In this document: one piece after another, positions 8,823 to 15,990 of the stretch | How positions within the stretch are numbered: position 1 is the first letter of the stretch | How the letters are laid out: every line of letters begins with the position of its first letter | NCBI GenBank assembly: GCA_008080735.1 | Contig: SHMW01000005.1 | Span: 88,145-104,353, forward strand | Origin: Promethearchaeota archaeon | GTDB lineage: Archaea > Asgardarchaeota > Lokiarchaeia > Sigyniarchaeales > SOKP01 | DNA: 16,209 nucleotides | Direction of reading: 5' to 3' | Notes under the pieces: generated by a model | Told to the model about the DNA's origin: nothing | Databases searched by the model: none | What the model saw: only the letters and a program-made list of their open reading frames with translations | Translations under genes and position numbers: made by a program

Positions 8823-8830
8823 TTATTCAT

Positions 8831-9841
8831 TTACAAACCAGCCGGATCAGAGTTTTGCGAAATTTCTAACGCATTTAGATTCTGGAATGAATACGATACT
8901 GTCATAACGCCACCGCCAGCATCGCCACCAGTCTGACTAATGGTTTGCAATTTATTCTTCGTCCCCAAATTAAACGTAGTACTATCTTCAAGTTTAATTA
9001 AAATTGGTTCGTCAGTAAGATTATCCACATCACTTCTGGCATTAACAAAATCACCCGGAGTGGTTCCACCCGGTGATGTGTTAATTGTACAATCAACTGC
9101 GATTGGAAAGTTTGCATAACGATAGTATGGATTCTTTCTGCCGAGTTCAAACAAATCATCACGATTAAAGTTGACAGAAATTGTTACATCTTGAACGTGG
9201 GCACTATATTCACCAGTGTTATCTGGGTTATATCCAGAACCATTAATGGTCTGCATACCCGGTATAAGTGTTGGCCAAACTGAAGCTGTGCCGCTGACGC
9301 CCATGATGACATCTTGGCGACGTTGAACACCAGACGCAGGTGAATCTGTTCCGTCAAATCCAGTAAGATTAACAAACGACGAACTACGCCAGACTTTATC
9401 ATTACCAACAAAGGTTACACTCTCTGTCGAGTTACCATCCACAGGTAATGTATAGTTAAGAGAGTTGGTGTACAAACCAGAACAATAGACTTGTGTTAAT
9501 GGTGTACCAGATGCATTAGACTGATCGTCATCGTATATATTCAACAGCATATCGGTTCTTAAATTTGACCGATTAACTAATTTGTTGCTACTAGCAGTTG
9601 GTGTAGCTAAATGCCATATAAGAGGATACCCATCTAAAACCTTTTCGATAGTTACCTCAACATCTGGCAAATTTTCAATATTTTCATAAATTTCTAATTG
9701 ACCAAGCTCAGTAACCTGCTCTAAGTTAAAAGAAGTATTTGTAGACACACTCTGTACACCATGAACTTCTGTGCCAGAGCCAGTAGAATACTCGCCTAGA
9801 GCAACTAATTGAGTGGCATAATGAACTCTATTAGCTGACAT
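8831..9841 (-). CDS. Major tail (tube) protein, 336 aa, two tandem tube-type domains
   Basis: Lies between the terminator-like gene and the chaperone/TMP genes. It has its own RBS (GGAG) and candidate promoter, and an acidic beta-rich composition. The motif VQxV.....FN.....ELG....Y....NxP is repeated at aa 29-59 and 216-246. Confidence 0.8.
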   Translation of the reverse strand: MSANRVHYATQLVALGEYSTGSGTEVHGVQSVSTNTSFNLEQVTELGQLEIYENIENLPDVEVTIEKVLDGYPLIWHLATPTASSNKLVNRSNLRTDMLLNIYDDDQSNASGTPLTQVYCSGLYTNSLNYTLPVDGNSTESVTFVGNDKVWRSSSFVNLTGFDGTDSPASGVQRRQDVIMGVSGTASVWPTLIPGMQTINGSGYNPDNTGEYSAHVQDVTISVNFNRDDLFELGRKNPYYRYANFPIAVDCTINTSPGGTTPGDFVNARSDVDNLTDEPILIKLEDSTTFNLGTKNKLQTISQTGGDAGGGVMTVSYSFQNLNALEISQNSDPAGL

Positions 9842-9848
9842 AATGGAT

Positions 9849-9887
9849 CTCCGTGATTAAATCTAGTCTGTCTTAAATATTATACAA
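9849..9887 (-). promoter_or_regulatory. Candidate internal (late) promoter -10 box TATAAT and RBS GGAG for the major tail gene
   Basis: The minus strand of the 56-nt gap reads TTGTATAAT (9887-9879) then ACGGAGATCCATT-ATG. There is no TTGACA-like -35 at 17-nt spacing (TACTTA instead). Confidence 0.5.
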
Positions 9888-9897
9888 TCTGAGGAAG

Positions 9898-10833
9898 TTA
9901 ATAAGTACTTAAATACCTCGATATTACAAAGGTTTGGCGAACTTCGGCTCTATATAATCCAAAAATATTATCGATAGGACCACCTGCACTATTTTCAATA
10001 TATGCGTATGTCCAGAAATAATTGCCGTTTCTATCAGACAAATCTGGATATGTCAATGCACCACTAGACAAAGTTCCATTATAATTTAATGGAAATGGTA
10101 TAGTATTAGTGTTAAACAACTTAAGACGTTTTTGAAACTGATTATTTAATATATCAGACAACTTATTTGCAGCAAATGGTCTGTCTGAAAAAATATGATA
10201 AAATAATTGACAATTGTTGTATTCTCCACCACCCAGTTGCAACCCTTCATTAGTACGATCACGCACTTCTACATAAACACTTGGCAACCACACCCTGTCT
10301 TCCTTTAATGTGTCAGCTAAGCCAGATGGTTGAGAAGTACCTATAGTATTGTATCTTTCAAAATATCTATCTGTTATTGTTTTCCATTGTGGACTATCTG
10401 CTAAGTAAATTTCAATATCTCTTAATGTGTACTCACACTGTACGGTTCCGGTAACAGTATTGTCAAATATTACACGACCATTAGCGTAATCAATATTAAA
10501 AGCATTAGTTCCAGTTGTTGAAGTAGGATAAAATACACTATCTATATATATACCAGATATAGAGATTGGATTATCGATAGTAGATTTTGTTGTAATACCA
10601 CTTTCCCAAACCCAAGACGCACCCAAACCTTCATATACACGTCCATCGCCACCATATCTGGGATCGAAAGTTTTTTGTAAATAAGTATATCCAGATACGG
10701 GAGAATCAAATGTAATGTTAGTATACGCACCATCTTCCAATAAACCATATTCTAGCCAAGTCTTAATGTTGTAGGCTAGCATATCATTTAAATCATAATC
10801 ATAAAATTCATTGGTGCCTTTTAAAACTGCCAT
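9898..10833 (-). CDS. Probable tail terminator / tail completion protein, 311 aa, with an inserted beta domain
   Basis: Immediately precedes the tube gene. The C-terminal half RVWLPSVYVEV...EGLQLGGG...LFYHIFSD...ANKLSDIL resembles the terminator-type P-strand/strand/helix pattern. An extra segment contains IDYANGRVIF. Confidence 0.6.
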   Translation of the reverse strand: MAVLKGTNEFYDYDLNDMLAYNIKTWLEYGLLEDGAYTNITFDSPVSGYTYLQKTFDPRYGGDGRVYEGLGASWVWESGITTKSTIDNPISISGIYIDSVFYPTSTTGTNAFNIDYANGRVIFDNTVTGTVQCEYTLRDIEIYLADSPQWKTITDRYFERYNTIGTSQPSGLADTLKEDRVWLPSVYVEVRDRTNEGLQLGGGEYNNCQLFYHIFSDRPFAANKLSDILNNQFQKRLKLFNTNTIPFPLNYNGTLSSGALTYPDLSDRNGNYFWTYAYIENSAGGPIDNIFGLYRAEVRQTFVISRYLSTY

Positions 10834-11606
10834 TAACGTTTCCTAACTGGTGTTCTAAGACGTTTTATTAATGTTTTTGAAACAGCCTCGTTCATAGTTT
10901 TACGTAATTCTTCGTTTCTAACTATTGAATCAATAAGATTATTATTATCTGTTGATATATAGTCTTTTGGTATTCGGTAAGGAAACCTTTCCGCAAACTG
11001 TCGGCGTGTGGTCATAATAGCTTGTCTACTTCTGCTATCCGCATTCGCTACTAATTCCTCTTTAAAAGATATGCCAAATTCACCAGTTTCAATATCTGGA
11101 AAATACTTATCTAGTTGTTTGTTATCTAAATCTAATAAAAGATCCAACCATCTAATACGACGAACGTCACTTTTTCCATTAACACTATCATAGGCAAATG
11201 GTTCAGTATCTGTCAAAGAAGATAGTTCGTCTAAGATAGCATCTGAGTCAATTAACACCCTAACAGTTAAACTAGCTAAAAACCTACTACCTGTTGGTGT
11301 TTGCACGTCCACCACATCAGATGTAGAATACCGCTTAAACATTTCAACTATGGTTTCAACTGCATTATTAGCATGTTGAGGTCTTAGTCCAAATTCAGCA
11401 GCTAAACTTGGCGTTCTTTGCCCTAATATGCTGCGAATAATCGGATGTCGTCTAACAGTTTTGTCAACAATTGGCTGAATTACACTATCAACATCACTGA
11501 TAGCTTTGTTTAATCTGTTGGATATAGTATTAACTGCAAGTTTCTGAACAGCATTTATTAGACTTCTACTGGTTTTTACTTCAGTCACACGTCCTATTTG
11601 AACCAT
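10833..11606 (-). CDS. Putative neck / tail completion protein, 257 aa (start revised to the ATG at 11606)
   Basis: The ATG at 11606 forms a TAATG overlap with the upstream stop, as at other junctions, so it is preferred to the TTG at 11621. The gene occupies the HK97 gp10-like position between head closure and terminator. The call is from synteny only. Confidence 0.45.
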   Translation of the reverse strand: MVQIGRVTEVKTSRSLINAVQKLAVNTISNRLNKAISDVDSVIQPIVDKTVRRHPIIRSILGQRTPSLAAEFGLRPQHANNAVETIVEMFKRYSTSDVVDVQTPTGSRFLASLTVRVLIDSDAILDELSSLTDTEPFAYDSVNGKSDVRRIRWLDLLLDLDNKQLDKYFPDIETGEFGISFKEELVANADSRSRQAIMTTRRQFAERFPYRIPKDYISTDNNNLIDSIVRNEELRKTMNEAVSKTLIKRLRTPVRKR

Positions 11607-12067
11607 TATATTCTTTCCCAATAACTAATAATAAACTTGCTTTCGCCAAGACCTTGTGGTTGTGGCTCACGAATCAGTCTATACTTAGAATAAACACCAG
11701 ATAAATCTGAATTAGGAATCATATAATCACATCTTTTTATATCATCTAAAGTTTCTAGAAAACTTTTTAGTCTAACAACACCTCTGTTTTTATTGACATT
11801 AATTCCAAAATCTTGAAAATCACTAGGATTATATTGTATTAATGCCGTAATGCTCGATGTGTTTTCAACTTCCGTTGGAGAATTATTAGTAGATGTAGAT
11901 TTATAACTAGGTTTTCGCAACGAACGATCGTGTATTGGATCGTTAAATTCTGAATTTACATTTGTAATAGTAGACTTAAAATATAAAGTCACTGGTTTCC
12001 CGAGATTATTTATAAGTTCGGAAATCTTATCATAATATTTATTTTTAAGATTAGTATAATTTACCAT
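11606..12067 (-). CDS. Probable head closure (stopper) protein, 153 aa
   Basis: Follows the adaptor with a 7-nt overlap. The pattern LINNLGKPVTLY ... D-Y-M-I ... KYRLIREP and the size fit SPP1 gp16-like beta-barrel closure proteins. Confidence 0.55.
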   Translation of the reverse strand: MVNYTNLKNKYYDKISELINNLGKPVTLYFKSTITNVNSEFNDPIHDRSLRKPSYKSTSTNNSPTEVENTSSITALIQYNPSDFQDFGINVNKNRGVVRLKSFLETLDDIKRCDYMIPNSDLSGVYSKYRLIREPQPQGLGESKFIISYWERI

Positions 12068-12594
12068 GAGACAAAAGAATCAAAAAATTGTGTAGTTGAT
12101 CTTCTGGATAAATAATCCTGACCGGTAAGAGAATAGTCTTCATGAGTCAGTGGGGTTAGAACTGCTGTCCCAGCGTTCATACTTCGTTTTGTGGCAACTT
12201 TATCTAATAATTTTTGGTATGAACTACATGGCCCGCTTTTAATAATGTCACGATAACCAGCAAAAGATTTACTTAAGTCAATTTGTGTATCGCCATCTTT
12301 TACAGATATTCCATCTCCAGCAGCATCTCTATATTTACCTATATCTAATATACACGCAGCTTTCAACGTAATTAGTGCAATTGTTGGATAGTCTGAATTA
12401 GAAACTGGATCTGGACTAATAGACACATTGTCAACATCAAAAGTATAACTATAAGTATAATCATAATCCTGTGATACAATAATGCCAGCAACTACCAATC
12501 CTTCTTGTATTCTAGCATCTTCATAATCCTTGGTAGACGATAAATCGTTAATTAAATGCCTAACCATTGTTGTCATGACGGTTTGCCAAGCCAT
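12061..12594 (-). CDS. Probable head-tail adaptor/connector, 177 aa
   Basis: N-terminal VRHLIND....YEDARI, a helix (ALITLKAACIL) and a hairpin (ISVKDGDTQIDLS) are typical of SPP1 gp15/HK97 gp6-like adaptors. Strong RBS AGGAG 8 nt upstream. Confidence 0.65.
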   Translation of the reverse strand: MAWQTVMTTMVRHLINDLSSTKDYEDARIQEGLVVAGIIVSQDYDYTYSYTFDVDNVSISPDPVSNSDYPTIALITLKAACILDIGKYRDAAGDGISVKDGDTQIDLSKSFAGYRDIIKSGPCSSYQKLLDKVATKRSMNAGTAVLTPLTHEDYSLTGQDYLSRRSTTQFFDSFVSW

Positions 12595-12602
12595 AAATCA
12601 AA

Positions 12603-12607
12603 CTCCT
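12603..12607 (-). promoter_or_regulatory. Shine-Dalgarno AGGAG for the adaptor gene
   Basis: The minus strand reads TAATAGGAGTTTGATTT-ATG. Confidence 0.75.
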
Positions 12608-12612
12608 ATTAA

Positions 12613-12960
12613 TTAGGCAGTATAAGCTACAGAATTCTCTATATAAAAAGGTTTAGATAAATGAGTAATATATCTACTGTTTTCAACTAGCCACAAGTTT
12701 ACATAATATTGACCAGAATCTGTACCTATATCTGATGACGTAACAGTAATAGTAATTGTTTTATTAGTATTATCTATATCGAACGATCCTGGACTTATAC
12801 TATACTTAATTATTAATGTAGGATCGTTATTAGGATTATTTTTAGACACACTCAGCACAATATCATCAAGAGTACTTAAGTCTATAGTAGTTGGACTAGT
12901 ATTAGCCATTATATTTTCAAATACAAATTGTAAATCAACATTTTGTGGTATAGTAGACAT
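12613..12960 (-). CDS. Small Ig-like virion protein resembling the BppU N-terminal domain, 115 aa
   Basis: The pattern IDLS..IVLSVSK...IIKY...G.F.I.....ITITVTSSD....GQYYVNLWL....T....F.I...V matches the beta-sandwich found in fibre/baseplate-upper attachment proteins. Confidence 0.5.
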   Translation of the reverse strand: MSTIPQNVDLQFVFENIMANTSPTTIDLSTLDDIVLSVSKNNPNNDPTLIIKYSISPGSFDIDNTNKTITITVTSSDIGTDSGQYYVNLWLVENSRYITHLSKPFYIENSVAYTA

Positions 12961-13145
12961 TAATCTGTAGCCTTTATAGTAATACCATTAATTATATTAG
13001 TATTATTAAATACAATTCCTTTAAGTATGTTGGTATTGCTGACTGTAATTATTTTAGATATAGTAACATCTAAAGATCCGGTTTTAATCAAACCTAAAGT
13101 TGTGTCATGCTTTTTTCTTAATAATACAATAATTCTTGGATTCAT
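12960..13145 (-). CDS. Hypothetical protein, 61 aa (start revised to the ATG at 13145), I/T/N-rich
   Basis: The ATG is 4 nt after the upstream stop, and the stop overlaps the next ATG (TAATG at 12960). The ORF fills the operon gap exactly. Confidence 0.6.
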   Translation of the reverse strand: MNPRIIVLLRKKHDTTLGLIKTGSLDVTISKIITVSNTNILKGIVFNNTNIINGITIKATD

Positions 13146-13149
13146 TATT

Positions 13150-14571
13150 TTATGTTCTACCAATTAAAGTAGAGAATATATTAGAATTTCCGGACACTAA
13201 ACCCGAAATTGTAACTAATGCAGAAGTCCCGCTGGGAACTCTTTGGGCTGCCGAAGTAGTGTCATACTTATAAACATTACTTGATCCAATTTCCGTCATA
13301 GATTGGCCATCAATCAAGCTTGATCCATCGCGTTGCATAACGGTTATACTCATGCCTGAAGCTTCGGTTAGTGTTGAGTTCTGATAAAAGAAGGCTGTAT
13401 ACTCGTCCCTGGTTTGTGAATCATCAAAATTAACTTGAACATTGCAATGGTAAATATTTTCATCGTCAGAAAGATTAACTTTTCCTTCAGATGAAGAAGA
13501 ACCGGCTATATATGAATCTGGTAATTTATTTAATATAGTTGTTAAGTTACCAGAAGTTGTAACATTCTGTTCATTCAATTCTGAAAATAGACTTGCCAGA
13601 CTTTTATTACTTGATTCTAGATAAACGTCTTCTGTTGCCCCATAAACATTTAATCCATAAAAATTCGTTCCTATGGTGTAAATTCCATAATCGTAGCCTT
13701 CAATTGCCATCCCAGCAGTTCCGTTAGCAGCTCTATTGAATTGACCATAACCAAGGTTAGAAGTCATGTTATATTGACCGTAAGCTATTGCTCCGGTTGC
13801 CTGGTTTAGTTGGCCAACCTGCCCGCCAACGCTTCTAGAACCATAACCGTTTAAATGTGTGTTTTCTAGGTCTAACGCACCTTCATCGGCAATGTCACAA
13901 GAAGCTTTTAGCTGCCGTAGCGTTATAGTAACTCCCCCAGTTCCATCTAGCATATTTTTAATGTCTGCTGCAACGCCACTGCTTGAAAACACTTCGGTAA
14001 TATTCGCATCAACTACGCCAGTCAATGTTCTAGAACCAACATTCCACACGCCAGAGTTAGTAGCTCGTGAACTTATACTTGCATCAATATTACTACCATT
14101 AAAAGGTGTAGAATCTGAAAGAATGTCAGTTTGTGATAAGTCATTTAAGTCATCAAATGTTTGTTTTGTACCTGTTAAGGTTCTAGAATTAGTTTGCCAT
14201 ATGCCACTTGTACTACTATTTGTAAGTTCTGTTTCTAGATAATCTGTACCAAGTATGAATGAATCATAAATATTATCTGGTACAATTCTACCTTGCCATA
14301 TTGTTGTGTATGCACCAGAAGTTGAACCAACAATAGCATTAACTTGTAATTGTGCTAAAGAACCAATTGTAGCATTAGCTGGTATAGTTCCACTTGCATA
14401 GTAATCACCAATTCCATCATCTATTATATTAACAGTTGCAGCATCTATAGTGCCATCTAATAATAATCTACCATATGGTGTAGAATCTGCATCTGTAGCT
14501 GCACCATCCGTATCACTTACACCGAATCTAAGAACATAATTTAATGATTGTTTTGCAATGTCCAAACCCAT
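13150..14571 (-). CDS. Fibre/appendage-like virion protein, 473 aa, modular
   Basis: Acidic and S/T/G/N/D-rich. It has beta-sandwich-like N- and C-terminal regions, two SGxWxxxSRTLTG repeats and a central run of (Y)G-hydrophobic repeats. Confidence 0.55.
   Translation of the reverse strand: MGLDIAKQSLNYVLRFGVSDTDGAATDADSTPYGRLLLDGTIDAATVNIIDDGIGDYYASGTIPANATIGSLAQLQVNAIVGSTSGAYTTIWQGRIVPDNIYDSFILGTDYLETELTNSSTSGIWQTNSRTLTGTKQTFDDLNDLSQTDILSDSTPFNGSNIDASISSRATNSGVWNVGSRTLTGVVDANITEVFSSSGVAADIKNMLDGTGGVTITLRQLKASCDIADEGALDLENTHLNGYGSRSVGGQVGQLNQATGAIAYGQYNMTSNLGYGQFNRAANGTAGMAIEGYDYGIYTIGTNFYGLNVYGATEDVYLESSNKSLASLFSELNEQNVTTSGNLTTILNKLPDSYIAGSSSSEGKVNLSDDENIYHCNVQVNFDDSQTRDEYTAFFYQNSTLTEASGMSITVMQRDGSSLIDGQSMTEIGSSNVYKYDTTSAAQRVPSGTSALVTISGLVSGNSNIFSTLIGRT
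14017..14208 (-). repeat. Intragenic peptide repeat SG(I/V)WxxxSRTLTG, two copies
   Basis: SGIWQTNSRTLTG at 14170-14208 and SGVWNVGSRTLTG at 14017-14055, 51 codons apart. Confidence 0.85.
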
Positions 14572-14572
14572 T

Positions 14573-15664
14573 TTATATTTTCCTGATAAATCCAGTGTTT
14601 ATAAATGAAGCGAAACCGCCGCCACCTGTTGTGGTAGAACGTTGAACAGCACCCGCATCGGACGTAACGGAACCGTTTTTCTCGAACGGAAGTTGCTGGC
14701 CAGCGTCTATTGCCCCGGCACCACTGCCCGGTGTGAAGTCGTCGCCTGCTGCGTCATCGTATGCCGCAGTGCCCGTTGAACAATCGATCTCAGTCACGTC
14801 GGTTGATCCACCCGACGTGTTCGCATCATCGCCAGAACCGAAAACACACCGGATTGCATACCCAACTTGTCCATCTCCATCCATTCCATACTCGCCGTTG
14901 TTCGTGAACAGGCAATCAGTCGCCCAAACCGGCCCAGTTCCGACGCATAAGCCATCGGATTCATTCGAATCAAATGTACAGTTTTCAAAACAGCTATAGG
15001 AATTTGCTCGTGCACCACAGCCAGTTCCACCTGTCCCGTTGTTATAAAATACACAGTTAATGTAGCGGTTGCGTCCCTGAGCACCATCAACACCGTCATT
15101 AACATTTGAATCGAAAAAGCAATCGACACACATGGCCCTGCTTGGGTCCCTAAGACCTTTCCCCCCATTTAAGTCAAATTGGCAATGGCTGAAATTTTGA
15201 TCCGGTTCGTAATCCGCATCGAAGCCATTTCCAACGGCACCGGTAAACCTGCACCGCGACCAGCCGTTGTCGCCAGCGGATGAATCAAGATAGACGCAAC
15301 GATAAGCTAAACTGTTTCCGTCAAATACAAGGTTCGCAAAGCTAAGCCCGGTATGATTGATCGTCAATAGGTCGATGCCAAACCAGCCGCTGCTACTGGC
15401 CTGAATCGTTGCCCTCGTGCCATCGATGCCACCGGTCGAATTGCCGCCCGTAAACAACACGTCCAAGGACCCGGCGGACGTAAGAGCCGATCCAGATGCG
15501 ATAGAATGGGTGCCGTCCGCACAGATTACAACAACGTCACCGGCGGATAATACACCAGCGTTACATTCATCGAGGGCTTTCTGGATCGTTGCCCAGCCAG
15601 CGGCGAACGAGGTGCCAGCGTTGGAATCACTGCCGCCGGATTGTCGAACGTAATACGTCGCCAT
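14573..15664 (-). CDS. Right-handed parallel beta-helix (pectin-lyase-like) spike, putative polysaccharide-binding protein or depolymerase, 363 aa
   Basis: The N-terminal YYVRQSGGSDSNAGTSFAAGWATIQKA is the classic cap of beta-helix proteins. Repeated rungs: NLVFDGN, RCRFTGA, HCQFDLN, DCFFDSN, NCVFYNN, NCTFDSN, DCLFTNN, RCVFG. C-terminal DF...GAIDAG...DAGAVQ cap motif. Confidence 0.8.
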   Translation of the reverse strand: MATYYVRQSGGSDSNAGTSFAAGWATIQKALDECNAGVLSAGDVVVICADGTHSIASGSALTSAGSLDVLFTGGNSTGGIDGTRATIQASSSGWFGIDLLTINHTGLSFANLVFDGNSLAYRCVYLDSSAGDNGWSRCRFTGAVGNGFDADYEPDQNFSHCQFDLNGGKGLRDPSRAMCVDCFFDSNVNDGVDGAQGRNRYINCVFYNNGTGGTGCGARANSYSCFENCTFDSNESDGLCVGTGPVWATDCLFTNNGEYGMDGDGQVGYAIRCVFGSGDDANTSGGSTDVTEIDCSTGTAAYDDAAGDDFTPGSGAGAIDAGQQLPFEKNGSVTSDAGAVQRSTTTGGGGFASFINTGFIRKI

Positions 15665-15900
15665 CTTTTAGCTCGCACTCAAAGGCCGAACACAGGGCTT
15701 GTTGATCACGTCCGCAACGCCCGCTTGGTCAAGCTGCGTCTGATACGCCTGCAACTGCGTGACCAGATTCGCAACGTCAGCAGCGGTCAACCGCGAAATT
15801 CCCTCAGCCTCCCGGCCGTCGGCAATCGAATCATCAGCCGAACTGCCGATGGTCGTACCGATCCCGCCGTTCCAGTCAACCAGAGTCGCATCAACTTCAG
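14610..15900. other. GC-rich island (likely recently acquired module)
   Basis: Hand counts inside: 39/60 GC at 14701-14760, 26/60 at 15001-15060, 38/60 at 15781-15840. Flanks: 16/60 at 14521-14580 and 16/60 at 15901-15960. Confidence 0.85.
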
Positions 15901-15985
15901 CTTTCAAAGCTCTAAATTTCTCACTTAATGGTCTAATTTGTTCATTACAGAATTTTATTGCTTGTGTGTTTGTAATGTCTGGCAT
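15668..15985 (-). CDS. Hypothetical protein, 105 aa, helical; possible partner/adaptor of the beta-helix spike
   Basis: ATG 5 nt after the upstream stop, and stop 3 nt before the spike ATG. Two amphipathic helices flank a DGREAEG loop. Function is inferred from co-transfer with the spike gene. Confidence 0.7.
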   Translation of the reverse strand: MPDITNTQAIKFCNEQIRPLSEKFRALKAEVDATLVDWNGGIGTTIGSSADDSIADGREAEGISRLTAADVANLVTQLQAYQTQLDQAGVADVINKPCVRPLSAS

Positions 15986-15990
15986 TTTTT

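Noticed and set aside
11607-11621. TTG start at 11621 for the neck protein (and the analogous upstream start at 13163 for the 61-aa gene)
   Set aside because: The downstream ATGs at 11606 and 13145 abut the upstream stop codons, matching the coupling pattern of the operon.
4093-15168. Short alternate-frame minus-strand ORFs (4093..4302, 4882..5094, 9184..9411, 10542..10748, 14794..15168)
   Set aside because: All are nested within well-supported genes, with off-frame composition and no recognisable domain.
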